Assembly (NCBI GenBank): GCA_004524725.1
Contig: SDNW01000004.1
Location: 1 to 45,092, forward strand
Length of the DNA: 45,092 nucleotides
Reading direction: 5' to 3'
DNA from: Promethearchaeota archaeon
Lineage (GTDB): Archaea; Asgardarchaeota; Lokiarchaeia; Sigyniarchaeales; SOKP01
A model generated the notes under the pieces. That model ran no database searches and had not been told where the DNA came from. It saw only the letters and a program-made list of their open reading frames with translations. Below, one piece after another: positions 1 to 9,734 of this stretch (position 1 is the first letter of the stretch; every line of letters starts with the position of its first letter). The position numbers were made by a program, and so were the translations under genes.

Positions 1-2444
1 AATAGGCTATTTGTTTTAATAAAAATATATCCAAATAAGAATCCAAGTGCTCCAGCATAAATGACCTGAAAGACGGTAGATACCCAATATTGACCAAAGA
101 TTATATTAACCAGATGAAATAATCCAAATGATATTGAACTAATTATTAATACCGTTAATTTTGAATACTTCTTCGAATTCAAGGGAATGATAACCCCTCG
201 AAATGCCCATTCTTCCCATATCCCCGGTATCAACATCACAATGAAGAAAAACCATCCATATATAAAACCAAAGGATGTGCTCCGTGGAGGACCGAATATT
301 ATTGATGGATCGAGCACAAAATCGCCTAAAAGAATTGCAAATATCCATAAAGAGCCACAATAGATAGCAACACAAGCTAAAGCAAGAAGAATATTAATGA
401 GATATTTTGATCTCTTCATTTTTGGAGTGATCAGTTTGATGGATTTCAAGTATTTATTAAACTTTTCCTTGCCATTTGGAAGACGTAAACTTTTTGGTAC
501 AACTAAAAGCCATAGGAGCATCATGAAGCCAAAATTATAAAAGAAATTCACGAAAAGCACTCCTGTAAGCGGAAGTATTTCGTATAATGGAATTAATAGT
601 AATTCTGGAAATTGAGGTAAGTATAAAAATGCAAAATAGATTAGTAATACCACTAAGGTTCCTATTAATGGTTTTTCACGTAAAGCCTGACGCATGCTTA
701 TCATCTTTCGCTTTCCAAACTCCTTTGGGAACATCCGATTGACGCCGATTAATAATCCTATTAATATGAATAAACTTGTTATGGACAATATTAATACCAT
801 TGGAGCCAATCCAAAAAACGATAGTAGTATAGCACCCATTATCAAATAGAATATCAATATTAATCCTTCAGTTGTCACCATGATTATCCATTTAAGAGTT
901 TTTTTGTTTGGGTTTACCTCTTCCAACACATACTTATATTTCATCCTCCCAAAGAGCCGGATCTTTAAGGAAAAAATAGTTAACACGAAAACAAGGCTAA
1001 TAGGATACCACGCAATAAATAATAGCAAATAATCTATAAAGACTGGACTAGTTATGAAAAGTAGTACTGGCATGAAAAATGAAAGCGTTTGAATAGTCAA
1101 TAACAATGAAAGCTTCGCTTTTGCTTGATCTCGTGGATGAATAGGTAATCCTGCAAGAATTGAGGCTCCTCCATCTTCCATATTTAAAAATCCAGTAGTA
1201 ATAATTATCGATATCATTGGTTGGTAAAACATTAGAATACTCCAAAAAATCATAACATCTCCCTGATCAAAACCATCCGTCGCGGAACCAATGCTAAAAA
1301 CAAGGATTATTGAATAAACTAAAGGAAGAATTATCGGGAGGATTAAATACATCAATGTCTGCATGTCTCTTGTGGCTGCAGATAGATCTTTTTTCCGGTA
1401 TGCCTGAATCGGAGATCTAACTAAAATATCAACGTCAAGGACCTCTTTTCTTTCTTTTTCTGTTTTTAATTTTTTCTCGGCAACAGAACTTATCGTTACC
1501 ATTTTCATTGAACTTACTGCTTTATTATATAAGAAATATGCTAAAACTATTAATAACCCAGTGCCAAGGAGCCCAGATATCCACATATTGGGAGTGAATT
1601 GGCTAGGATCTATAAGTAACGTTAATAAACTGGCTGGAGCAAATGGGAATGGAATCAATGTAAGAATAAAATTAACAAAATCAGGAATATCCATAGCCGC
1701 GAGGGAAATGAAAATATCCTGGATCGCATTTATCGCCCATTGAAAAATTAAACTCGCAGACATAGCTGCTATGAAATAACTAAGCATAGTAATGATCCTT
1801 ATAACTGTTGCTTTTTTGGAGCTTACTTGATCACCCATAAAGATGCGACTCATCCTCTCAGCAATTAAAACTAATAAACTTACAACAAAAATAACGTTTA
1901 AAACCGAGATGAGAACACTGATAATAACTAATAATATATTTTGAGTGATAATTGCCATAATTATTGGGAAAGATACAATGATAATGATTAAAGCAGCATC
2001 TAAATTTCGAATTACCGTTACTAATCCTAATTTTTGCAGTCGCCTTTTTGCAATAGGTAATGTTTCATACCACTTAAAAGCTTCACCAGTCATCATTGCG
2101 CTAATGTTAAACATACCCAATAATAACAAATAAATAAATTGCGTAAGGAAAAAAATTCCAAAAAATAGACTTCCCCCAAAAAAAATAGTGTTTACTGGTA
2201 AAGTACCAAAACTTTCCAATACTTGAAAAAGTGTAAATATTGGCACAACAATGACAAAAATAATTAATATAGCATAAACTATTTTGAGAGCGAATACTTG
2301 ATGTTGGACGGATTTCTTATTCTTTTTATACTTCTCCATGAGTTTGGCTTGATTTGCACCAGTTGATTGAATTTGCGCCTCCATTACAATCTCCAGATTT
2401 GTATATTTTGCTAACTTATACAAATTCAACTTATTTTTTGACAT
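1..2444 (-). CDS. Multi-pass ABC transporter permease fused to C-terminal CPBP/Abi (CAAX protease type II) intramembrane metalloprotease domain; 3' end truncated by window edge
   Basis: Not in the ORF track because it runs off the edge. Manual translation from ATG 2444 (MSKNKLNLYKLAKYTNLEIV...) was spot-checked in the same frame at ~1390 (YRKKDLSAATRDMQ), ~960 and ~720. It reaches the CPBP motifs IWEEWAFRG (~195-221) and SFGLFHLVN (~105-131). Lies directly downstream of an ABC ATPase. Confidence 0.85.
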   Translation of the reverse strand, partial: MSKNKLNLYKLAKYTNLEIVMEAQIQSTGANQAKLMEKYKKNKKSVQHQVFALKIVYAILIIFVIVVPIFTLFQVLESFGTLPVNTIFFGGSLFFGIFFLTQFIYLLLLGMFNISAMMTGEAFKWYETLPIAKRRLQKLGLVTVIRNLDAALIIIIVSFPIIMAIITQNILLVIISVLISVLNVIFVVSLLVLIAERMSRIFMGDQVSSKKATVIRIITMLSYFIAAMSASLIFQWAINAIQDIFISLAAMDIPDFVNFILTLIPFPFAPASLLTLLIDPSQFTPNMWISGLLGTGLLIVLAYFLYNKAVSSMKMVTISSVAEKKLKTEKERKEVLDVDILVRSPIQAYRKKDLSAATRDMQTLMYLILPIILPLVYSIILVFSIGSATDGFDQGDVMIFWSILMFYQPMISIIITTGFLNMEDGGASILAGLPIHPRDQAKAKLSLLLTIQTLSFFMPVLLFITSPVFIDYLLLFIAWYPISLVFVLTIFSLKIRLFGRMKYKYVLEEVNPNKKTLKWIIMVTTEGLILIFYLIMGAILLSFFGLAPMVLILSITSLFILIGLLIGVNRMFPKEFGKRKMISMRQALREKPLIGTLVVLLIYFAFLYLPQFPELLLIPLYEILPLTGVLFVNFFYNFGFMMLLWLLVVPKSLRLPNGKEKFNKYLKSIKLITPKMKRSKYLINILLALACVAIYCGSLWIFAILLGDFVLDPSIIFGPPRSTSFGFIYGWFFFIVMLIPGIWEEWAFRGVIIPLNSKKYSKLTVLIISSISFGLFHLVNIIFGQYWVSTVFQVIYAGALGFLFGYIFIKTNSL

Positions 2445-2455
2445 AAATCGCTCTC

Positions 2456-3256
2456 CTATCTCACTTTCCTTTGATTGAAAGATTTTCTTAACTTTTTTAC
2501 AATTTCTTCCACAGAAGTATCTTGTTCCGTCAAACGCAAGAAGATATCCTCCAAATTAGAGCCTAATCTATCTGCTTGGCGGCTGAGTTCCTCGATAGTA
2601 CCAATTCCCACAATCTTACCTTTATTAATTATTGCGATTCGATCGCATAAATCTTGCGCAATCTCCATAATATGAGTGGAAAAAAGCACCGAACCGCCCT
2701 TATCAATTTGGATATCCATAATCTCTTTTATTACTCGTACGGATTTTGCATCTAATCCTGCAATAGGCTCATCTAAGATAAGTAAATCCGGATCATGAAG
2801 GATAGAAGCGACAATTTGGATTTTTTGCTTATTTCCATGGGACAGGGTTGCGATAAGTTGCTCATAATACTCAAGAGCACCTAAACTTTCTAAGTATTCC
2901 TTAGCACGCTCGGTTGCATTATCCGGATCTAATTTTCGAATGGAGGCAATAAAATTAAATAAATCTTTTGGTGTTAATGATTTAAAGATCAATGGCTCTT
3001 CAGATACATATCCAATATTTTTTTTAATCTCTACCTCATCTTTTTCAGGATCATACCCCATAATGCTAATATTTCCCTCATTAGGTTCGAGTAAACCTAA
3101 TAATAATTTAATAGTGGTAGTCTTACCCGCACCGTTTGGACCTAATAACCCAAAAATCTCTCCCTTATGCACATCAAAGTCAATTCCGTTTACTGCTTTG
3201 ACGTCTCCAAAGAACTTTTTTAAGTTACGAACAGATATGATTTCATTATTAATCAT
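2456..3256 (-). CDS. ABC transporter ATP-binding protein (ABC-2/CcmA-like exporter)
   Basis: Walker A GPNGAGKTT, signature LSHGNKQK, Walker B LILDEP, H-loop STH. Confidence 0.95.
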   Translation of the reverse strand: MINNEIISVRNLKKFFGDVKAVNGIDFDVHKGEIFGLLGPNGAGKTTTIKLLLGLLEPNEGNISIMGYDPEKDEVEIKKNIGYVSEEPLIFKSLTPKDLFNFIASIRKLDPDNATERAKEYLESLGALEYYEQLIATLSHGNKQKIQIVASILHDPDLLILDEPIAGLDAKSVRVIKEIMDIQIDKGGSVLFSTHIMEIAQDLCDRIAIINKGKIVGIGTIEELSRQADRLGSNLEDIFLRLTEQDTSVEEIVKKLRKSFNQRKVR

Positions 3257-3455
3257 AATTTTATCAATTTTAGCTAAATTTTCGATAATTTATTATATTT
3301 ATTATAAAATATATTTGTATATACTTTTCTATATTAGTAAATATTTAAATCTTTTTATTACTAGCATAGTTTCTTAAAGCCTCATAAAACTGAAAATCTT
3401 GAAATAAATACTGTCTATTTAAAAAATATATTTATATATATTCAAATTAGCTCTC

Positions 3456-4403
3456 TTATTTTTCTTTCTGTGTGACAATAATTATGATTGATAAAATAAC
3501 AATTAAAGTACCTATTAAGTGAAAGATAGTAAACACTTCTCCCAGGAAAATAGTAGCAAATATAGCCGTTATTATAGGTGTGGGAGATAATATAATAGTT
3601 GCTTTTGAAACATCAAGATAAGATAACGTTTTATACCAACAAAACAATCCCAATCCATAAACCAAACCCATAGTTATATAAAATATCTGATTGAGTGGAT
3701 CAAATAAAAGAAAAATATTTTCAAAGGGAAAAAAGATAAAGTAAGTAGAAATTAAGATTATCCCACTTATCAAATTCCTAAGAAAAACCATTTGTATAGC
3801 AGTAACCTCATTTTTATTAAGTATTGGTTTAGTAATAGTGTGTCCGAACATCCATAGGCATGCAATAAATAATAATATAAGTACTCCAAGAACGATATCA
3901 GAATTAAAATTGATAAGATTAAATCCTTTTGTTATTGCTAATATCAGTCCAAAGAATAAAATTATAGAAAAAACAATTTGGAGTTTGGTAACTCGTTCTT
4001 TAAGAATCAAAAATCCAAATAAGATTCCAAAAAATACCGTAGTTTTTTGAGTCAATGAACCATTAATCGCTTCAGCTAGACCATACCCAATAAAAAAAAG
4101 CAGTTGATTTATACCGAATATAACTCCTATAAAGATGAAGAACCACAGATTCTGTTTCCACATTGCTATTAAACTAGTTTTTCCTTCAGAGCTATTTTCG
4201 GGAGAATTTCCTTTGTTACGATTGATCTTTCTCTCCACAAAAATCAATGGAAAGAAAATTGCAGCCTCTATTAGGCAAGTCATTGCGGCAAAAATAAAGG
4301 AATCAAGACTTTTAGGGCGAGCAATCGCAATAATAGGCTGTAGTCCTACAAAAAATACACCTAATACCCCAAAAAGGAGTCCCTTTTTCCTATCATTAAT
4401 CAA
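3456..4403 (-). CDS. DMT/EamA family permease
   Basis: ~10 hydrophobic segments, two EamA repeats (FLILKERV; TIFLGEVF..HLIG). Confidence 0.9.
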   Translation of the reverse strand: MINDRKKGLLFGVLGVFFVGLQPIIAIARPKSLDSFIFAAMTCLIEAAIFFPLIFVERKINRNKGNSPENSSEGKTSLIAMWKQNLWFFIFIGVIFGINQLLFFIGYGLAEAINGSLTQKTTVFFGILFGFLILKERVTKLQIVFSIILFFGLILAITKGFNLINFNSDIVLGVLILLFIACLWMFGHTITKPILNKNEVTAIQMVFLRNLISGIILISTYFIFFPFENIFLLFDPLNQIFYITMGLVYGLGLFCWYKTLSYLDVSKATIILSPTPIITAIFATIFLGEVFTIFHLIGTLIVILSIIIIVTQKEK

Positions 4404-4453
4404 GATAAATAAAAAAACACTTTAATGATTAAAAATGTTTAGTTCTCCAAGTT

Positions 4454-5410
4454 TTAAGCAGAAATCTTTTCTTTTTCTCTTACAATCATTACAATAGAGA
4501 AAATGATAACCAACAAACCGATCAAATGATATATTGTAAATACCTCCCCTAAGATTATAAACGCAAAGAATGCTGTAATTATCGGAGTGATTGAATTAAT
4601 TATTCCTGCTTTCCCTATATCAATATAGGATAAAGTTTTATACCAAAAAAATAGACTAAATCCATAATCCAAGCCCATTAAAATGAAATAGAAGAAATTA
4701 AGTGGATCTACTACAATCCAAAGATTTTCTAAAGGGAAAATTATAATATAAATAAATAATAATATGATTCCACTAAATAGGTTTCGGAAAAATACAATTT
4801 GAGTAGAGAATAATTCATTTTTATTTAGACCAATCTTGGTCAGCGTATGGATAAATGTAAATATAGCAACACTTATGATTAATATTATGACCCCCATATT
4901 GAATTCAAGTGAAATAAAATTCCCTTTACTTATTGCTATAAATAATCCAAGGAATAAAGTCATTGAAAAAATTATTTGTGTTTTTGTTATTCTTTCCTTA
5001 AGGATAAGAAAGCCAAATAATAAAGCAAATATTATCTCGCTTTTTAAGGCTAATGCACTCGGAATTGCTTTTGCCAATTCAAAACCAATAAATAGTAGGA
5101 TTGGGACTATACTGAAGGATATTCCAATTATGATAAGAAGTATTAAATTTTCCTTTTTTTTCCATCCATTTAACTGAGATTGAAATTTCATTGAATCTCC
5201 CGGATATTGTAATATATTTTTCTTTAACTTTTTTCTTTCAAGAAAATATAATGGAAAAAATATTGATACTTGAATAATAGCGCTCATCGCAGCAAAAATG
5301 TAGGGATCAATAATAGAAGGCCTTGAATTGGAAATAATAGGTTGTAATGAGATTAAAAAGACACCTATTACTCCGCATAGTATCCCCTTTTTTAAATTAT
5401 TGCTTACCAT
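4454..5410 (-). CDS. DMT/EamA family permease (tandem paralog)
   Basis: Same architecture and shared motifs (LQPII, FLILKER.TK.QI, WYKTLSY.D, LGEVFTI.HLIG) as 3456-4403. Confidence 0.9.
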   Translation of the reverse strand: MVSNNLKKGILCGVIGVFLISLQPIISNSRPSIIDPYIFAAMSAIIQVSIFFPLYFLERKKLKKNILQYPGDSMKFQSQLNGWKKKENLILLIIIGISFSIVPILLFIGFELAKAIPSALALKSEIIFALLFGFLILKERITKTQIIFSMTLFLGLFIAISKGNFISLEFNMGVIILIISVAIFTFIHTLTKIGLNKNELFSTQIVFFRNLFSGIILLFIYIIIFPLENLWIVVDPLNFFYFILMGLDYGFSLFFWYKTLSYIDIGKAGIINSITPIITAFFAFIILGEVFTIYHLIGLLVIIFSIVMIVREKEKISA

Positions 5411-5474
5411 AATATATGAAAGAAAAAATAAAATTTAGAATCTTTCATTGTGTCTTTTATTTTGCAAATGTTTC

Positions 5475-5849
5475 TTACTCAAGAACCGCAATAGCATTAA
5501 TCTCAACTAACATCGCCGGTATCGGTAAATTAGATACCTCAACAGTAGTCCTTGAGGGATAGGCTTTAGAAACATTATTCTCCTCAAAAAAACTTTTATA
5601 AGCATTATTCATTTTGCCGAAATCTCCCATATTTCTTAAGTATACTGTTGTTGCTACGATATGTGAAACCTTTCCTCCAGCCGTTTTTAAAATTTCTTTG
5701 ATGTTATTTAACGCTTGAAAAGTCTGTTCACTAACATCTGAAGACTCTTCTGGCCATCCTTGACCAGAAACATAAAGAGTGTTATCAACTTTTATTCCTG
5801 GACTATAGGGACCCACTACTGGAGTCCCTGGATTAATTATTTCCTTCAT
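5475..5849 (-). CDS. RidA/YjgF/YER057c family enamine/imine deaminase
   Basis: GPYSPG, LYVSGQ, catalytic Arg in YPSRTTV, C-terminal VEINAIA. Confidence 0.92.
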   Translation of the reverse strand: MKEIINPGTPVVGPYSPGIKVDNTLYVSGQGWPEESSDVSEQTFQALNNIKEILKTAGGKVSHIVATTVYLRNMGDFGKMNNAYKSFFEENNVSKAYPSRTTVEVSNLPIPAMLVEINAIAVLE

Positions 5850-5995
5850 AATTTAAAAGATTTCCATTTTTTAGGTAATTAAATATCCCAATTAATTTAT
5901 TCATTTCTAAGGGTCAGAAAATTGGACAATACTGTTAAATAGGATCCTAACTTCAATGTTTATACTCATATTGAATTTTATATGGTGAAATCCTT

Positions 5996-6298
5996 ATGGG
6001 AAAAATAATGACAATTGGGTGGTATCCACCCCATAAAGCCAAGGAGTTAATAAAAGTTTATAGTTCTAAAGATAAACCAGCTTATCCCGACTTTTTAAAG
6101 AAAATTCAGCACCTTGCTACTGTAAAGGAAGATGGACAATGGAAAAATTATGCTGTCTATGAATTCCCTGATGAAAAATATTCAGAAGCTATGAAAGCAC
6201 TCATAAAAAGGTATACACTCTATACTAGCGTCGAGGGTTATCGATTTATAGCCGAATTTGTAATGGATGCTCAAGATGCGATGAAGTTAGCATTTTAA
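5996..6298 (+). CDS. Small hypothetical protein (possible dimeric alpha/beta-barrel-like fold)
   Basis: 100-aa ORF filling an intergenic gap with GGTG RBS-like sequence upstream; fold is a guess from the alternating beta/alpha pattern. Confidence 0.7.
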   Translation: MGKIMTIGWYPPHKAKELIKVYSSKDKPAYPDFLKKIQHLATVKEDGQWKNYAVYEFPDEKYSEAMKALIKRYTLYTSVEGYRFIAEFVMDAQDAMKLAF

Positions 6299-6395
6299 GT
6301 ATATTATACTTTTTAATTGACCGCTAAATTTCATATGAATAGAAAAAAATAGGTATTAAATTACTTTTTTTTATTTATTAATAATTTTAATAAAA

Positions 6396-8213
6396 CTATT
6401 TTATATATATACCGAATTGAGGAAATTCTCTTAATTGTTTAGAATTAAAAACAGGCCCTTCCTTACAAACCGAAATATCACTATCCTTACCAATACAACA
6501 AGAACCACAGAGGCCAACTCCACACTTCATCTTTCTTTCTAAACTAGCTTGAACTTCAATATTATTAGATTGTGCGATATCAAAGACCCTTTTCATCATA
6601 CTTTCTGGACCACATGTAATTATGAGATCTATTTTTTCTTTATTGATTACATCCTCAATGTTATCGGTAACTAAGCATTTCTTTCCTATGGAACCATCTT
6701 CTGATGAACACAATGCATTTGGAATTAAATCAATCAATCTTTCGTGAAAAATGAGTGATGCCTTATCTTTTGCTCCAATGGTTAAAAATACATTCTTTTT
6801 ATTTTTTTTTAGAGGTTCAATTAAAGAAGTTAAACCAGCAATTCCCATTCCTCCTCCGACAAGAAGTATATTATTGGCATCCTCATAATTGAAAGAATTT
6901 CCATATGGACCTCGAATACCAATACTATCCCCTTTTTCCAGTTCAAATAACTTCTTAGTTCCTTCTCCTACTCTTTCGACAGTTATTTCAAGCATATTCC
7001 CATCAACGTTGGAGACAGACATTGGAAAAAAGTCAACATTCGGAATCCATACCATAATAAACATTCCTGGACGATATGCCTTTGCGATCTTTTGATTTCT
7101 TACTTTAATACTGCGAATTTCAGGAGAATGCTCAATAATTGATTCAATTTTTACAATATCAGTTTTATTCCGAGTAATATCTAATACAAGTTCTTCATTA
7201 TCTTTTTCAAGCGGCTTGGAAATTAAGATGTTATCTTTCAAGGCTAAATCAAAAACTTGCTTTCCTCTTTTTGTTCTAATTATCAAAGTATCCCATCCCT
7301 CATCGCTACCAGATATACCAATTGAAATATCCGCAAAAGAAGATGTGTAATCCGAACATGAAAAACATGCTGTTCTAATAGCTTTATCATACAATTTATT
7401 AAATGGGATTTCTTTTAAATCTGAATTAGTAGTTATTCTCATCTTAAAATTATTCTTATTGGTTTCATACTTTTTAATTTCTTTGGGTTCGATTCCATAC
7501 TCTTTTAAGACAGCATCCAGTTTTACATTATGGAAAGTACCAAAACAAAAAGTACCCACTGCTAAAGAAACTAAATCATATGCTTCATAATCAAAAATAG
7601 GATGATTTTGTAATTTCCTTAATGCTTGAATCTGACACGGAGTTCCAACCACTGCAATATCCATAAATCCTTCATTAATAGCCTTACCTATGAGTGATAA
7701 AGTTGGGCTTTGGCTTGGTTTATAACCAGCACCCCTAAATAATTCTTGCTCATTTTTGGCTATTATAGGAAAAGGTTTGAAATATTCATCTTTATCAGTA
7801 ATTATAGAGGCATCAATCAATCCATTTTTCATTGCAACCCATAAAAGTCCAGTTAAAGGCCCAGCTTGATTAGGTATAACTTTTTTTGCCTTATCTGTTA
7901 ATTTAACAGAACAAATTTCTATATAATGCCCCAAGATTTTATCATGTTTTCTTCCAAAAACCCACTTATCTAACAAAGATAAAGAAATCATATCAAGTTC
8001 TGTTTTAGGACATAAATTATAGCATATACCATATCCATCTCTACAAGTATTTACTTCTTCACATGAACCATCTTCTACAGGAATCTCTTTTTCTCTATCA
8101 AATTTTATATTTGTGCAGAATGCCCCACAAGCTCCACAATATACGCATTTATCTGTCTTTATTACTTCTTCTTCTAATTCTGCCCAACCTTTTTTGTTCT
8201 TTTTAATATACAT
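6396..8213 (-). CDS. Fusion: N-terminal ferredoxin + FrhB/FdhB (F420-reactive flavoprotein) domain and C-terminal PyrK/FNR-like FAD/NAD(P)-binding [2Fe-2S] domain
   Basis: CVYCGACGAFC...CYNLCP; FrhB motifs VGTPCQ, FCFGTF, ACFSCSDY; PyrK motifs GIRGPYGNSF, VGGGMGIA, CGPESMM, ERKMKCGVGLCGSC...CKEGPVF. Confidence 0.88.
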   Translation of the reverse strand: MYIKKNKKGWAELEEEVIKTDKCVYCGACGAFCTNIKFDREKEIPVEDGSCEEVNTCRDGYGICYNLCPKTELDMISLSLLDKWVFGRKHDKILGHYIEICSVKLTDKAKKVIPNQAGPLTGLLWVAMKNGLIDASIITDKDEYFKPFPIIAKNEQELFRGAGYKPSQSPTLSLIGKAINEGFMDIAVVGTPCQIQALRKLQNHPIFDYEAYDLVSLAVGTFCFGTFHNVKLDAVLKEYGIEPKEIKKYETNKNNFKMRITTNSDLKEIPFNKLYDKAIRTACFSCSDYTSSFADISIGISGSDEGWDTLIIRTKRGKQVFDLALKDNILISKPLEKDNEELVLDITRNKTDIVKIESIIEHSPEIRSIKVRNQKIAKAYRPGMFIMVWIPNVDFFPMSVSNVDGNMLEITVERVGEGTKKLFELEKGDSIGIRGPYGNSFNYEDANNILLVGGGMGIAGLTSLIEPLKKNKKNVFLTIGAKDKASLIFHERLIDLIPNALCSSEDGSIGKKCLVTDNIEDVINKEKIDLIITCGPESMMKRVFDIAQSNNIEVQASLERKMKCGVGLCGSCCIGKDSDISVCKEGPVFNSKQLREFPQFGIYIK

Positions 8214-8214
8214 A

Positions 8215-8814
8215 TCATGCTTTCGCCTCCTTTAATTCTTTAAGAAAACTCAGACCTTGTTGTTTACCCAATTCGAATGCTTCCAAATTTTTATCGAGTG
8301 TAGAACTTGGTACAAATTTTTTAATTGTTTCAAGGGCTGAATCTTCGGAAAATATGCCTGAAAGAACCGTAAAGACACCAAATAATATGGTGTTTCCAAA
8401 TACAATATTTCCAAACTTTTCAACAGCTATTTTCTGGATAGGAATCCCCAAAGAATTATCAATTCTTTTTACGGCTCGAAATTTTTGGATTGCAGAATTA
8501 TCCCATATTAAAAAACCCGTGTTTAATTCCTTTTTTACCATGTTTAGTTTTATATCTCCAGCAGCTTCTTGAGAAAGGATAATTAAAAAGTCATAGGGTT
8601 CTAAAGCCTTGGGGTAATCGATCATTTTTATATCTTTATCCAAATCAATCACAACTTCTGCCCAGCATTTTCCTCCACGAGCAGCAGCAGAATAAGCTTC
8701 AGTTTGTGTTCCTGCGAGACCTTCATAAAGAGAACTAGCAGTTACAATCATCTTTGAGAGTGTGATGACTCCTTGACCTCCATATCCGCTTATACGTATT
8801 TCATAACGAGTCAT
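8215..8814 (-). CDS. korC: 2-oxoacid:ferredoxin oxidoreductase gamma subunit
   Basis: EIRISGYGGQGVI, YSAAARGG, NTILFG, NLEAFELG. Confidence 0.9.
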   Translation of the reverse strand: MTRYEIRISGYGGQGVITLSKMIVTASSLYEGLAGTQTEAYSAAARGGKCWAEVVIDLDKDIKMIDYPKALEPYDFLIILSQEAAGDIKLNMVKKELNTGFLIWDNSAIQKFRAVKRIDNSLGIPIQKIAVEKFGNIVFGNTILFGVFTVLSGIFSEDSALETIKKFVPSSTLDKNLEAFELGKQQGLSFLKELKEAKA

Positions 8815-8816
8815 TT

Positions 8817-9734
8817 TTATTTTTCCTCCATAGCAAATTTCTGGATCTTATTATACTCATCAGAATATTCTGGTTTATCTGTTTGATATCTGAATTCACC
8901 TATGACATACTTATTAAGTAATTGATCTTCAGTCATTAATTTTGCTTGGTTTCTTCTTATAGTATTTTGTTTAATCCAATCAATCATTTTCTGCCCTGTA
9001 TCCATTTTTTCTCCCTCTCCTTCTCTATTCTCTGCTCCTAGGCTGTCAAGATTTTTCCTGCCAAAATATGTGACACAAGGAGTTATTACCTCAATTACAG
9101 AGGTCCCCTTATGGTTCAATGCTTTTTTGAAGTATTTCATAAAGGTTCTAGGATGCGCCACAGTAGTCCTTGCTACGTATGTAGCTCCCGCTGCTACTGC
9201 TAATTCTACGCCATCACTTCTATTTTCAAACATCTTATATGGTGTTGTAGTACTTTGAGCTCCGAACAGAGTGGTCGGCGCTCCCTGTCCTCCCGTCATG
9301 GCATAAATACTATTATTAAAAATGAAAATAACGCAATCAAGGTTACGCCTACAAAGATGAATAAAATGATTTCCACCGATTCCTAAACAATCACCATCAC
9401 CTGAGAAAATGATTGGTTTCATATTTGGATTAGCCATTTTAATCCCTGTCGCTAAAGCTGGAGCCCTTCCGTGAAGCGCTAATATTTTTTGTGATTTTGT
9501 ATGAACAATAAGAAGCAGCTGACTATAACAACCTATGCCGATTATCGTTGGAAATAAATGAGGGTCTAGTTTCTCGTCTTCAAAAATCTTAGTGAAAAGA
9601 TGACCAATAATTCCATAACCACATCCAGAGCAGAATCTGGTTGCAAAATTTCCAAACATACTTCCGGCATAAGAAAAGGGAACATAAGGATGTTCAGGTT
9701 TCTCATTTGGTAACATACGTCCTATATCTGACAT
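8817..9734 (-). CDS. korB: 2-oxoacid:ferredoxin oxidoreductase beta subunit (TPP-binding)
   Basis: FCSGCG, GIGC, LHGRA, GDGD..GIGGNH, NNSIYAMTGGQ.APTT, PCVTY. Confidence 0.93.
   Translation of the reverse strand: MSDIGRMLPNEKPEHPYVPFSYAGSMFGNFATRFCSGCGYGIIGHLFTKIFEDEKLDPHLFPTIIGIGCYSQLLLIVHTKSQKILALHGRAPALATGIKMANPNMKPIIFSGDGDCLGIGGNHFIHLCRRNLDCVIFIFNNSIYAMTGGQGAPTTLFGAQSTTTPYKMFENRSDGVELAVAAGATYVARTTVAHPRTFMKYFKKALNHKGTSVIEVITPCVTYFGRKNLDSLGAENREGEGEKMDTGQKMIDWIKQNTIRRNQAKLMTEDQLLNKYVIGEFRYQTDKPEYSDEYNKIQKFAMEEK

Noticed and set aside
6396-8213. F420-dependent sulfite reductase (Fsr)
   Set aside because: The C-terminal half is PyrK/FNR-like, with no siroheme-binding sulfite reductase motifs
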